Made by a program: the position numbers and the translations under genes. Positions 1 to 10,424 of a stretch of 64,000 nt of DNA are shown piece by piece (the first letter of the stretch is position 1; each line of letters begins with the position of its first letter). This DNA comes from an uncultured Gammaproteobacteria bacterium (GTDB lineage: Bacteria > Cyanobacteriota > Vampirovibrionia > JBFMGH01). A model generated the notes under the pieces. The model saw nothing but the letters and a program-made list of their open reading frames with translations. It did not search any database and was not told where the DNA came from. The stretch lies in assembly GCA_964517135.1 (NCBI GenBank), contig CAZFBA010000004.1:68360-132359 (forward strand). Direction: 5' to 3'.

Positions 1-1
1 T

Positions 2-76
2 AAGACCTGTGCTGTTTATGTAATGGGACACAACTCAGCACTTGATATCAAGTTAAAACAGCCTTCTAAAGGCTAA
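2..76 (+). CDS. Possible 3' end of a CDS entering from upstream
   Basis: Open frame from the window edge, KTCAVYVMGHNSALDIKLKQPSKG*, co-directional with the following genes; too short to identify. Confidence 0.35.
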   Translation, partial: KTCAVYVMGHNSALDIKLKQPSKG

Positions 77-151
77 ACCTGATTATAGCATTGTTGTTTC
101 GCCTCTGAAAGCCTCTCAAAGGGCTTTTAGAGTTTTTACAAAAATAAAATT

Positions 152-547
152 GTGTCTGCAATGATTATCGTAACCGCTGCCATTATCCAAAAAGCCGACA
201 AAATACTGATTGCCAGAAGAAAAAAAGGTGACCCCCTTGAATATCAATGGGAATTACCGGGGGGAAAGATTGAACCCGGCGAAACACCTGAAGAATGCCT
301 CAAACGTGAACTTTACGAAGAATTTGGCATCGAAACAGAAATTAAAAATTTCTTCTGCTCTTCAAAGTATGATTATCCTCATGTATCAATTGAATTGCTT
401 GCCTTCTTCGCTCATCATCTTTCCGGGGAGCTAAAACCAACCGATCACGACAGGGTTCAATGGGCAAGGATTAGTGAATTAGAGTCATTTACCTTCGCTA
501 ATGCTGATATACCAATCATAAAAAAGCTTTCAAGGGCCAGCATATGA
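152..547 (+). CDS. mutT: NUDIX hydrolase, MutT/NudG-like (d)NTP pyrophosphohydrolase
   Basis: Nudix box WELPGGKIEPGETPEECLKRELYEEFG; C-terminal ADIPII typical of MutT; true start may be ATG at 161. Confidence 0.85.
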   Translation: MSAMIIVTAAIIQKADKILIARRKKGDPLEYQWELPGGKIEPGETPEECLKRELYEEFGIETEIKNFFCSSKYDYPHVSIELLAFFAHHLSGELKPTDHDRVQWARISELESFTFANADIPIIKKLSRASI

Positions 548-981
548 AAATACACATGTATATTACATTATTATTGTTCTTTTTAATCGCCTCACCAGCC
601 TTCAGCTTCAAATGGTATAAACTCAATTACCTCTGCACTAATGACACTTCCTTTTATCTTGATCACCAGAATATGCAGGTTAGACTGAGATTTGAACTCC
701 CTTATGAAATAAAGTTCTGGCTTTTGACTATTTCAAATGTAGAGAATAAAAAATCTGTTATACCTGTCAAAAATCTCCAGCATTATCAGATAGAATGCCC
801 TTCAAGCACTCTGAGTCTTCTTGAATACAGGCTATACGAAGAAGACAGGTTAACTGAATCACGTAAATACAGTGATAGCAACTTAATTATTGTGCCACCT
901 GATACACCAGTGCAGCAAATAATTATAAACCTCTGTACCCCTTCAAACTCTGACTGGTTCTACGGATTCAGGACTGATTAA
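544..981 (+). CDS. Hypothetical exported protein
   Basis: Sec-type signal (hydrophobic run, ASPAFS); ATGA overlap with the upstream gene. Confidence 0.7.
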   Translation: MKIHMYITLLLFFLIASPAFSFKWYKLNYLCTNDTSFYLDHQNMQVRLRFELPYEIKFWLLTISNVENKKSVIPVKNLQHYQIECPSSTLSLLEYRLYEEDRLTESRKYSDSNLIIVPPDTPVQQIIINLCTPSNSDWFYGFRTD

Positions 982-1018
982 GCAAAAGGTACTCAATTTA
1001 TAGGACGCATGCTTCTTA

Positions 1019-2365
1019 ATGAATTCAACAAGAATCTGTAAACTAAATAAACACAGTTATTCCAGTGGCAGCATTGTCTACTGGACCTCCAGAGATCAGC
1101 GTATTCGATATAACCATGCCCTCATTCATGCACAGGAAAAAGCTTTAAAGTATAATTGCCCTCTTATAGTGCTTTTTTGCCTGGTACCTGAATTTATAGG
1201 TGCTACTATCAGGCAGTATAACTTCATGCTCAAGGGGCTCAAAGAAATTGAACACAATCTTAAAGAGAAAAATATACCTTTTATGATGCTTACAGGCCAG
1301 CCATATAAAGAAATACCGGCCTTTCTCAACAGCATCAAAGCAGGATACCTGATAACTGACTTTGACCCGCTCAGAATCAAACAACAATGGCAGAAAAAAG
1401 TCAACCAGGCTATCAGCATACCCTTTGATGAAGTGGATACTCATAATATTGTTCCGTGCAGGGTCGCATCTCAAAAACAGGAATACGCTGCAAGAACCAT
1501 AAGACCTAAAATTCACAGGCTTTTAAATGATTATCTCTTTGATCCACCTCAATTGCAAAAGCACCCGGTTGAATGCAATATCAATTTTGCTCCTGTCAAC
1601 TGGAAAAACATACACAGCAGCCTGAAAATAGATCAAACAGTAAGTGAAGTTGACTGGCTTACTCCCGGTGAAGAGGCTGCAAACAAGATGCTTGACCATT
1701 TTATTACCAGAAAACTTGATAAATATGGCCAAGACAGAAACGACCCGGCCTGTGATGCTCTTTCTAATATGTCTCCTTACCTTCATTTCGGACAGATTTC
1801 AGCCCTGCAAATTGCTCTTAAAGTCAACAGGGCTAAAGCAAACGAAGAATCAAAAGAATCATATCTTGAAGAACTTATCGTCAGAAAAGAGCTTTCAGAT
1901 AATTATTGTTTTTATAATTCCGACTATGACAATCTTAAAGCCATACCTGAGTGGGTTAAAAAGACCTACGAGGCGCATAAAGATGATATCAGACCCTACC
2001 TTTACACTTTGAAAGAGCTTGAAAACGCTCAAACCCACGAAGATGCTTGGAATGCCTGCCAGCTTGAAATGATCAAAACCGGTAAAATGCAAGGTTATAT
2101 GAGAATGTACTGGGCTAAAAAGATCTTCGAATGGACTGAATCACCCGAACAGGCTCTTGAATTTGCCATCTATCTGAATGATAAATATGAGCTTGATGGC
2201 CGTGATCCTAATGGGTATACAGGTATAATGTGGAGCATTGCAGGTGTACACGATAGAGGCTGGACAGAACGGCCAGTTTTTGGCAAGATACGCTATATGA
2301 ACTATAATGGACTAAAGTCCAAGTTTAACATCAAAGCATACATTGATAAATGGACTAAATCATAG
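1019..2365 (+). CDS. phrB: Class II CPD DNA photolyase
   Basis: YWTSRDQR, SPYLHFGQIS, EELIVRKELSDNYC, GYMRMYWAKKIFEW, DGRDPNGY motifs of class II photolyases. Confidence 0.93.
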   Translation: MNSTRICKLNKHSYSSGSIVYWTSRDQRIRYNHALIHAQEKALKYNCPLIVLFCLVPEFIGATIRQYNFMLKGLKEIEHNLKEKNIPFMMLTGQPYKEIPAFLNSIKAGYLITDFDPLRIKQQWQKKVNQAISIPFDEVDTHNIVPCRVASQKQEYAARTIRPKIHRLLNDYLFDPPQLQKHPVECNINFAPVNWKNIHSSLKIDQTVSEVDWLTPGEEAANKMLDHFITRKLDKYGQDRNDPACDALSNMSPYLHFGQISALQIALKVNRAKANEESKESYLEELIVRKELSDNYCFYNSDYDNLKAIPEWVKKTYEAHKDDIRPYLYTLKELENAQTHEDAWNACQLEMIKTGKMQGYMRMYWAKKIFEWTESPEQALEFAIYLNDKYELDGRDPNGYTGIMWSIAGVHDRGWTERPVFGKIRYMNYNGLKSKFNIKAYIDKWTKS

Positions 2366-2376
2366 CCTCTTCTTTT

Positions 2377-3711
2377 TTATACCCGGGCCCCGGTTTTAAA
2401 TTGTTTGATAACACCCTCTGTAGCCTGAACCTGGCCGGGATCATTGATGGCTGAAAGCCATTCCTCTGGGTTTGTGGCATGTTGCACCCTTAAATTGCCA
2501 CTATTGAGCGATACTGCTGGTATAAACTGCCTCCTAAATTCTTTATATTCCTGTTCATTTTGTTTGTTTTCATCCGGGTTTTTCTTGAATTTATCCATAA
2601 ATGAAACAACTTTTTTAGAAAAAGCATTGTTAAAGAAGCCAAGTGCGATACAAAGAACACCAATATTCATAATGAGCTGGTCAGACAGGGCTTTAATGCC
2701 TGTTAATTCAGCTTTACCAAGCTTTGCACCGCCTCTCTGGAAGAATTTTGTCAGCGGGCCAGCAGCAGCATTTGAAAGCGGTCTGCCAATGCCTTTCATA
2801 GCAAGTATACCGATACCTTCATCTATAAAGCATCTTATGGCAACATAAGGCTGCCCACTGAATAAAGCTATAACCGGCCTCACAATTGCATTAGCCATCA
2901 TATTACGGGTTATCCATTCGCCGCCAGCGGTAGCCTGCTTTGTAAAGTAAGATGTATGACCCTGTGCCCAGTTGGCCATCTTGCCTTTGAGATTACCAAG
3001 AGAGCCCTGTAGTTTTCTAAACATACCTGAATTTTTTTGAAGAAAGCTTACAGTGCTTTTTATGCCTTTTGATAAAGCATCTGATGCAATTGGTCTGCCT
3101 GTAAGAGCTCTGCCAATCATGTTAAGACCTATAAAGGCACCGGCAGCGCCGAGAACAGAAAAGATCATTTTGTCTTTTTTCTTGTCTTTAGCTTCTTCTT
3201 CAGGAGTTAATTGTTTTTTATCTTTTCTGAAAGGCTTACCTGTAATTTTTTCACTAAAGAAATCCATTACTCTGCCGACATAGCGAGTATTTAAATATGT
3301 ATAAGCAATTGCGGCAGCGTTAAAGAGACCATACTTAACAAATTCACCTGCACCTTTGGCAGCATCACCAGTCAGTTTCAATACATCTTTAGAAACTTTA
3401 GCTGCAATCTTATCAAATGGTCTTTTTAACAGTGCCTGTGCAGTAAAGCCAACAGCCGACAGGGCAAATATCCAGGCTGCAGCATATATTTTTTCATCTT
3501 TTTCGGCGTTTTTATCCATTAGGGTTACAATTGGCCTCAACGCCATAATGGCTAATGAGGTCGACATAGTAACCATACCTGCATCATTACCTACTTTGCC
3601 CAGTGTATTTAACAATTTACTGGAGCCAAAAGAAGGAGAACCTTTTGCCAGAGAAGCGTTTTGACCTGGCATAAAAGTTTTATTCGTTTGTAGAGGTGTA
3701 ATACCGCTCAT
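2377..3711 (-). CDS. Hypothetical membrane-associated protein with N-terminal PSFG motif and internal two-fold similarity
   Basis: Long ORF with SD (GGAGA); several hydrophobic helices; MALRPIV / IVRPVI repeated; no recognisable domain. Confidence 0.75.
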   Translation of the reverse strand: MSGITPLQTNKTFMPGQNASLAKGSPSFGSSKLLNTLGKVGNDAGMVTMSTSLAIMALRPIVTLMDKNAEKDEKIYAAAWIFALSAVGFTAQALLKRPFDKIAAKVSKDVLKLTGDAAKGAGEFVKYGLFNAAAIAYTYLNTRYVGRVMDFFSEKITGKPFRKDKKQLTPEEEAKDKKKDKMIFSVLGAAGAFIGLNMIGRALTGRPIASDALSKGIKSTVSFLQKNSGMFRKLQGSLGNLKGKMANWAQGHTSYFTKQATAGGEWITRNMMANAIVRPVIALFSGQPYVAIRCFIDEGIGILAMKGIGRPLSNAAAGPLTKFFQRGGAKLGKAELTGIKALSDQLIMNIGVLCIALGFFNNAFSKKVVSFMDKFKKNPDENKQNEQEYKEFRRQFIPAVSLNSGNLRVQHATNPEEWLSAINDPGQVQATEGVIKQFKTGARV

Positions 3712-4246
3712 TATTTCTCCAGAGGTAATAATGCAAAATCATTTAATCAAGATATTGCTTGTTAAATAAAAAGCATTCTAGCGAATATTATCTCAGAGGT
3801 TGAATTTTGATCGCCCAGTCGTCAACATTAAGAGACATAAATAGTATTTCAAGGGTGTTGACAAAAAATTAGGATGCTACATATTAAATGCCCCTCAAAA
3901 TGATTTGTTGCTAGCAGTTTAGGCTAAAAATATCGGGCTATTATGCAATCTATCTTATATCAAGAGTTTTACAGATTTCAAAAAAAAAATATTTGTTTTT
4001 ACAATTTTTAATGTTCGTCAAGCACCATTTAAAACCCTTTTAAAAATTTCTTTTTTTATTTTTCACTCATAGCATAGCTAAGCAGCTCAAGATCAATGAA
4101 AATCTAGATAATGTAGTATAAACACCAAGGTTTAACATACAAAAATCTCTCTATATTTAAAAGCTCTATAATAAACGTTATAAGTGATTAGATTTTAAAA
4201 GATACAGGGCGGGTAAATTTATCATTATGTTTTATGGCTTGGTATA

Positions 4247-5386
4247 TCAGGTATTGCTGCTTGAAAGAGTTTTGATTGAGACGTCGTTGAAATAATATCC
4301 GAGTATTTGATAAGCATTATAACCTCTATCTGCAAGGTCTTTAGCACCCCACTGTGACATTCCAACACCGTGCCCGCTGCCCTTACCATTAATTATAATA
4401 TTATTTGAGTTGATATAAATGGAATATAGACTGCTTGGCAGGTCAAACATTTTTCTGAATTGTTCGCCATCTATCAGGGCAGAGCCGGCAGTGCCTGTGA
4501 GCCTTAGTTTTTTGATCCGGCCTGTTTCTGTGCGTGAAACAGGTAAGATAGCTGAAAGTTCACCTACACTATATCCTCTTGCTGATAGTTTAGAGCTAAT
4601 CTGGTTCTTTTCTAAGATCTTTGACCACTGTGCACGGGGTGATTGCTGATCATAGTCTCTTACAATCCTTACAAAACCTATTTTACCGGACCATGCATCA
4701 TTTTCTGTTACACCGCCCGAGCTTGAGTGATAATAAGCGGGTATTATACGGCCATTATGGACAATAACCTGTCCTCTTGTTGTTTCTACTGCTACATTTG
4801 AGCGATATGTTTCTGCTGAAGCACCTTTATAGACCTGATCATTGGTAGATGTGTCAAGATCATAGCCTTCTGAGCGGCGTTTGTTTAAATTAGCCAGTGC
4901 ATAGCTTCTTGCGGCTATTGCCTGAGCTTTGAGAGCTTCAGTATTCCAGTTAGCTGGCATTTCAGCAGGTACAACCCCTTTAATATAGTCTTCAAGTTCA
5001 ACTACATTTACCACAGTAATGTAATTTCCTTTTGCGAGTAGTTTTAAGCTACCTCTGTACCAGCGACTATCGCAATATACGAGAGAATTATTATCTACAG
5101 GTATAATGTATATTGCATCCTGGCCGGTATTATAAACCTTATTAACAGAGTCTTTTTTAATTAACACTGTATTATTTTCGGCGTATACTGAATATTTTTC
5201 CATTCTATTAATTTTAATAAGAGGTTTATTTGTACGTTTAGCAACTATAGCACTATCATGTTGTGCTCCGATAGAGCTTTTTGCAACACGTGTTTTTAAG
5301 CCAATACGAATGTCAAAGGCAAGCGCATCAGCTGCTGTCAGGATAATCAATAATATTGCAAGTATAAGAGTATAAAAATGTTTCAT
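4247..5386 (-). CDS. SpoIID/LytB domain peptidoglycan lytic transglycosylase
   Basis: Signal peptide; VNVVELEDYIKGVVPAEMP, EALKAQAIAARSYA, DQVYKG, GHGVGMSQWGA. Confidence 0.92.
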   Translation of the reverse strand: MKHFYTLILAILLIILTAADALAFDIRIGLKTRVAKSSIGAQHDSAIVAKRTNKPLIKINRMEKYSVYAENNTVLIKKDSVNKVYNTGQDAIYIIPVDNNSLVYCDSRWYRGSLKLLAKGNYITVVNVVELEDYIKGVVPAEMPANWNTEALKAQAIAARSYALANLNKRRSEGYDLDTSTNDQVYKGASAETYRSNVAVETTRGQVIVHNGRIIPAYYHSSSGGVTENDAWSGKIGFVRIVRDYDQQSPRAQWSKILEKNQISSKLSARGYSVGELSAILPVSRTETGRIKKLRLTGTAGSALIDGEQFRKMFDLPSSLYSIYINSNNIIINGKGSGHGVGMSQWGAKDLADRGYNAYQILGYYFNDVSIKTLSSSNT

Positions 5387-5929
5387 TTAATTAATCAGTT
5401 AAGTATTAGATGGTTCATTAGTCTTTGTATTAATCCCTATAATAATTATCAGTTACAAGTATACTGTATGTCATCGACTGTATAAATTATGTTAATGGTT
5501 GAAATCATACAAAAATAAATTTTTTAAAGCGCCAATATTCCAGTTATAGTGATTTCATGCTCTTAAAGAAGTCATCAAAAGTCCTGGCAGGTAAATCCAT
5601 GAATCAACCGGGTTAAACTTAATTGCCATAATACATTTAATATCCTGTTAAGCAAAAAAGCCTGACAGGATAGTAATTTAATATAAGTTTACATAAAATA
5701 TTACAATCCAGAAAGAAATTTTATATCGTTAGTATATACTCTCTATATATCCACTATATATTTTAAAAGGATTCAGGATTTTTTCCTTAATAATTCATAT
5801 ACCACAGTTGTTTCAGGGGGGCAATTCGAAAGTCTTGATTGTTTTTTTATCTATAGAGGAGTTTTTCTATTTAGTTACGTTTTTCTCAAGAAATTAAGTT
5901 ACGGAATCTATACGGGAGGAATTGTTTTT

Positions 5930-6946
5930 ATGGCTGTTAACGAAGTACGACGCACACAAACTCAACAGCAAACACAAAATACTCAAAAAACTCAGCAAGA
6001 GCAACCTAAAGTTGAACCTAAGAGTGCTGATGTAAATAGTACGCAACCGAGTAACAGAGCTCAAGATATTAAAAATAACGGCAGTATACAGGAAGGTGTT
6101 TACAAGGATCCGCACAGTTCTGCTACCGTTGGTGACATTGCTCAGGCCAACAGTATGAAAGAAGACGGAACAGTAGATCCGGCAGAAGTTAAACAGGAAA
6201 TACAGGCTATTGTCGATGCAAACCCTGCTATTAGACAGGCTGCATTAGACGCTGGAATTAATCTTAATAATCCTTCACCGGAAGATTTACAGGCATTAGC
6301 TAATTTAGAAGTCAAAGCCGGTCAGGAAGTTAAAGTTAGCGACAAAGCTCAAGAAGCTATTGCACCTGCTGAGGAAGCTAAAGCTCCTGAAGAAGCTAAA
6401 GCCCCTGAAGAAGCTAAAGAAGAAGCTGCCCCTGCTGAAGAAGCTGCACCTGCTGAAGAAGCTGCACCTGCTCAAGAAGCAAAAGCTCCAGAAGAAGCTA
6501 AAGGTGCTGATCCGTTAAGTGAAATTATGGATTTAATTAGCAAAGCTGAACAGGCTCAAGATCCTGCACAGGCTTCACAACTCGCTGATCAGGCTATCCA
6601 GAAAATTAATGCCCTGAGAGCTGAAAAAGGCATTCAAAAAGGTGAAGGTCAACAAGATCAACAAGCACAAAACCCGTTCCAGCCCCAGAACGGTCAAAAC
6701 CCCCAAACCCAACAGTTAGTTCAGCAAATCAATAGCGGTGCACAGGTTGACCAGGCACAACTTGGCAAAGCGCTAGAATCCGGCGACAAAGGCCAGTTAG
6801 CTCAAATTCTTGATGCTCTAGAAGCAAGAGCTATGAGAGCTAAAAATGGCAACGGTAACAATACTATGAACGCCCTTAATATGCTCGGCCTCAACAACAT
6901 GAATCAATTCATGAATAACCCAATGGTAGGCGGAGCAGCAGCGTAG
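5930..6946 (+). CDS. Gln/Ala/Glu-rich hypothetical protein with possible degenerate LysM-like segment
   Basis: Strong SD GGGAGGA; TVGDIAQAN...IVDANP...NLEVKAGQEVKV resembles an interrupted LysM; no signal peptide; followed by a terminator. Confidence 0.75.
   Translation: MAVNEVRRTQTQQQTQNTQKTQQEQPKVEPKSADVNSTQPSNRAQDIKNNGSIQEGVYKDPHSSATVGDIAQANSMKEDGTVDPAEVKQEIQAIVDANPAIRQAALDAGINLNNPSPEDLQALANLEVKAGQEVKVSDKAQEAIAPAEEAKAPEEAKAPEEAKEEAAPAEEAAPAEEAAPAQEAKAPEEAKGADPLSEIMDLISKAEQAQDPAQASQLADQAIQKINALRAEKGIQKGEGQQDQQAQNPFQPQNGQNPQTQQLVQQINSGAQVDQAQLGKALESGDKGQLAQILDALEARAMRAKNGNGNNTMNALNMLGLNNMNQFMNNPMVGGAAA
6361..6503 (+). repeat. Intragenic 18-nt tandem repeats encoding EEAKAP / EEAAPA units
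   Basis: Repeated gaagaagctaaagc(t/c)cct and gaagaagctgcacctgct units. Confidence 0.85.
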
Positions 6947-7008
6947 AGAAAGTAAATGAAATTTATTTAGAGTAATAAAAGCTTAAACTAACTGCCTTAA
7001 CATTTTAT

Positions 7009-7032
7009 CCCGGGAAACCGGGCTTTTTTTTT
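7009..7032 (+). terminator. Intrinsic terminator
   Basis: CCCGG-GAAA-CCGGG stem followed by a T run, downstream of 5930..6946. Confidence 0.85.
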
Positions 7033-7099
7033 GAGAGTGACCCTGCAATCAATCTCTTTTTTGCTCCACCAGGCATGTAGATCGCTTTAATGATTTATT

Positions 7100-8422
7100 T
7101 TAAAGATTTTCAGCCATCCCCTGAGAGGAGAGCAGTCGTTCAGCTACAATATTGCCGGCAGATTCACCCATAGTCCAGCAGACAGGCTGTATTCTTAACG
7201 ATGCCTGAGCTTCAAATTCTGCACTGATAGAGCGTCCCACGACAAGCATGTTTTCTATTTCGTTTGTTTCAAGAGATTCCAGCGGTATTTCATAATAATT
7301 AGACTGATCAAGGTAGGTTAGGCCACCCGGTAAATTATCAGAAGAAGAGTGAACATCCACCGGATAGTTACACCTTGCAACAGCATTGTTAAACTTTTTA
7401 CCTGATTTAATATCTTCAAGTGTCAAAGTATATTTGCCTTTTATTCGTCTAGAATCTCTTATGCCTATATTTGGTGCTATATTTGATATATAAGCATGCT
7501 CAAACCCCGGAAAATATTTATTACAAAACCCTGCCAGTCTTTTAATCTGTTTTCTTCCTGAAATCTGGGCATAGCTAATATCAACAGGATTCAATGGCGA
7601 TAGAGGCTTTTTAGAATATATCCTCGGACAATTAAAAGCCACAGTGCCTTTCTGACCCGGTATGGTAAAAAGTTGAAAATAATCAGCATCATAGGGTTTT
7701 AGTAACCTGTTAACTATAGCTTCCATAAAGTATGGCCTTAAAGCCCAGGGTTTATCTTCAGATGTATAAGCAGTAGTAAGAAGAATTTCACCTTTATCAG
7801 TTCGATAAACAGGAGAAACATTCTTATCCGGGTCAATCTGCTCAAGCCAGTCAGCAAATTTATCTATTTCAACTCCTGTCATCATAAACCTGTGAGACAT
7901 TGCCTGTGTAATACCATCCTTACCTACCTCAAATGGTACACCTGCTGCTGCTGCAAGAGCCGCATCACCAGTAGCATCAATATAATAACGGGCAGATAGT
8001 TGCCTGAGACCGCCACAGGTAAGAATATTTACCTTTTTTATGAGCCTTCTGCTAACCTGACATTCTAACAAACTGGAATGAAAAAGCACCTTTACCATTG
8101 CTTCTTCCATTATTTCATCCAGTGTAAACTTCATCATTTCAGGTGCAAACCAGCCCGGGTTACCATCAGAATAAACTTCTGCATAGCCTTCCTGTCGCAT
8201 TCTATCAAGAACTTCTCTATAGATAGTCCCTCCAAGAATCGTGCCATCAGTCAGGGCTGATTTCATCATTGGAGTAACGTATGTTGCTGTAGCAGATCCC
8301 CCAAGAAAGCCCATTTGTTCAACGATCAAGACCTTTAAGCCTTTTCTGGCTGCAGAGATAGCTGCTGCACATCCTGAAGGGCCACCGCCTGTTACTATAA
8401 GATCAAAATTTTGGACAGTCAT
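7100..8422 (-). CDS. FAD-dependent oxidoreductase (FAD_oxidored family)
   Basis: GGGPSGCAAAISAAR Rossmann motif, IDATGDA, GIRDSRRIKG, YPVDVH, LVVGRSIS. Confidence 0.88.
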   Translation of the reverse strand: MTVQNFDLIVTGGGPSGCAAAISAARKGLKVLIVEQMGFLGGSATATYVTPMMKSALTDGTILGGTIYREVLDRMRQEGYAEVYSDGNPGWFAPEMMKFTLDEIMEEAMVKVLFHSSLLECQVSRRLIKKVNILTCGGLRQLSARYYIDATGDAALAAAAGVPFEVGKDGITQAMSHRFMMTGVEIDKFADWLEQIDPDKNVSPVYRTDKGEILLTTAYTSEDKPWALRPYFMEAIVNRLLKPYDADYFQLFTIPGQKGTVAFNCPRIYSKKPLSPLNPVDISYAQISGRKQIKRLAGFCNKYFPGFEHAYISNIAPNIGIRDSRRIKGKYTLTLEDIKSGKKFNNAVARCNYPVDVHSSSDNLPGGLTYLDQSNYYEIPLESLETNEIENMLVVGRSISAEFEAQASLRIQPVCWTMGESAGNIVAERLLSSQGMAENL

Positions 8423-8434
8423 AAAACACTCCAG

Positions 8435-10249
8435 TTAAAGTTTTTCAGGGGGTATATCAACAAAATTACGCTTATAATCTTCAACAAAAGCTTTTTCACA
8501 GTTGTTGAGCATTGAAAAATCAATCAGGTTTTCATCCAGCGGAGCGTATGTAAGGCATTTGACGATCAACCAGCCTTCTTTATCAGGGTGGTCAGCAAGT
8601 GTGACAATATTTTCTATTCTAACGCCTCCCCAGCCCTCAAGATAGATACCTGGTTCTATTGAAAATACCATATTTTTCTTAAGTTTTATAGAACCACTTA
8701 AGCCATAAATTATTGATGGAGGTGATTCATGTACACAGATCCCTATGCCATGTCCTGTGCCGTGATTATAGTCAAAACCGTAATTTGTAATAATAGACCT
8801 GACAATACCATCAAGATAAACACCGTCACTATCCGGCGGTATTTCAGCCCTTAGACCCCTTATAGATGCTTTTAGAACAATAGTATAAATGCGTTTAAGT
8901 TTTTCATCTGGTCTGGCTTCACAGCCACCAGCAACAAAAGTCCTTGTAAGGTCTGTAGCATAACCTCCCTGGAAGTATGTTCCACTATCTAACAAAACAA
9001 GGCTGTTTTTATGAACCTTTTCATCTTCACTGGCTGCTGTATAGTGTACTATAGCAGTGTTTTTACCGGTAGCAGAAATTACCTCAAAGCTGGGTTTATA
9101 GCCCCCATAGGCTTTAAAAAGCATCAGTATTTTTTGTTTAATGTCATTTTCTGTGAGTATTTTGCCGGCATTAATATCTGTATTTACCTGCTCAATAAGT
9201 CTTTTAAAAGCATTATCTGCTTTCTGTAGGCATTTTTTAATATATTCCAGCTCGACATCATTCTTAATGGCTTTCATCTTCTTAACAGGATTTATATCCA
9301 GTGCTATAATCTTGCACTGTTTACTGATTAGCGTATTAAGCTTTTCCTGTAAAGCGCATGTTGTCGAGGTAGGATCATAACCTATGTGGAATTTATCCTC
9401 CTGTCTTGAGATATATGAACGTAAAGTATCCTCCATATCTTTAATAGATAAAATACTAAAACCATCATACATTTGTTTAAGGCATGTACATCCAAACTTT
9501 TCAGGATCAGAAAAAATGAAAGCTTCGTTGTTAGAAATAAAAAGATAACCTTTAAAGCTTGAACTCAGTTCTATTTCATCACTGCGGAGGTTTGTAATAT
9601 AGGAAACCTCATCAAGTTTGGTTAAAAAGAGGGCATTAATATTCAGTTTATTAAACTTTTGCCTTACAATCTGGAGTTTTTTCAAAGCTGACAATCCGCT
9701 AATTTCCTCTGGCACGGTATAAACCGGTTTAAGTTCTTTTTTTTCTGGTTCAAGCTTAATTTCATCAAGAAAGGTTTTACTGAGGGGAGTAAAAACAGTT
9801 GTTTTAGTTACAGCATTTATTTTTTCTCTCATATATGAAAGCATTTTAACGCTAAACTGACGAGGATCATACCCTGTAATAAGGTTTTTGCCTCTTGAGA
9901 GTTTTTGAATGATTTTAATATGACGATCCTGCAACAGTTCATTAATACGGTTGCCTTCATCGTCTATACCGACCTTTTCAATAGTATAAATATTCTTATC
10001 TACCTGATATTCGGCCTGTGTGTGATATCGTCCGTCAACAAGCAGGTATGCATTGTCAAGGGTAATAAACAAATCTCCTGCACTGCCATTAAAACCTGAT
10101 AGAAAGGTTCTCAGGCAGGTGCTTTTGTCAACATAGTCATTTAAAAACTCATCTTTTGAAGTAATAATCAGCGCATTTAATGAATTTTCCTTCATTAAAA
10201 CTCTTAAATGTCCTAGTCTTTCTGAAATTGTGGGTAATAACTGAATCAT
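8435..10249 (-). CDS. Xaa-Pro aminopeptidase (M24B, long form)
   Basis: SGFNGSAG, DGRY, LLDSG...TDLTRT, HGTGHGIG..VHESP, SIEPGIY...GVRIEN. Confidence 0.92.
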   Translation of the reverse strand: MIQLLPTISERLGHLRVLMKENSLNALIITSKDEFLNDYVDKSTCLRTFLSGFNGSAGDLFITLDNAYLLVDGRYHTQAEYQVDKNIYTIEKVGIDDEGNRINELLQDRHIKIIQKLSRGKNLITGYDPRQFSVKMLSYMREKINAVTKTTVFTPLSKTFLDEIKLEPEKKELKPVYTVPEEISGLSALKKLQIVRQKFNKLNINALFLTKLDEVSYITNLRSDEIELSSSFKGYLFISNNEAFIFSDPEKFGCTCLKQMYDGFSILSIKDMEDTLRSYISRQEDKFHIGYDPTSTTCALQEKLNTLISKQCKIIALDINPVKKMKAIKNDVELEYIKKCLQKADNAFKRLIEQVNTDINAGKILTENDIKQKILMLFKAYGGYKPSFEVISATGKNTAIVHYTAASEDEKVHKNSLVLLDSGTYFQGGYATDLTRTFVAGGCEARPDEKLKRIYTIVLKASIRGLRAEIPPDSDGVYLDGIVRSIITNYGFDYNHGTGHGIGICVHESPPSIIYGLSGSIKLKKNMVFSIEPGIYLEGWGGVRIENIVTLADHPDKEGWLIVKCLTYAPLDENLIDFSMLNNCEKAFVEDYKRNFVDIPPEKL

Positions 10250-10389
10250 AATTACATAGAATACTTTATAAATGAATCAATTGACTGACTTCATTTTACT
10301 TGTCTCGGGTCATAAAAACAAATTCTTTAATATACAATTATATATACTGATCCTTGAAAGTAATGTATAGATTCCAGATTATAGAGGCC

Positions 10390-10424
10390 GGGTGTTTTTG
10401 CCCGCACAGCGGGCAAAAACACCC
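10390..10424. repeat. Perfect 16-bp REP-like inverted repeat
   Basis: GGGTGTTTTTGCCCGC-ACA-GCGGGCAAAAACACCC; partial copy of the left arm near 34029-34046. Confidence 0.8.

Noticed and set aside
3820-3890. GTCAACA...TGTTGAC inverted pair with a plus-strand TTGACA pointing at no gene
   Set aside because: -10 spacing is imperfect and no structured RNA or terminator is evident; may just belong to the promoter of the minus-strand gene
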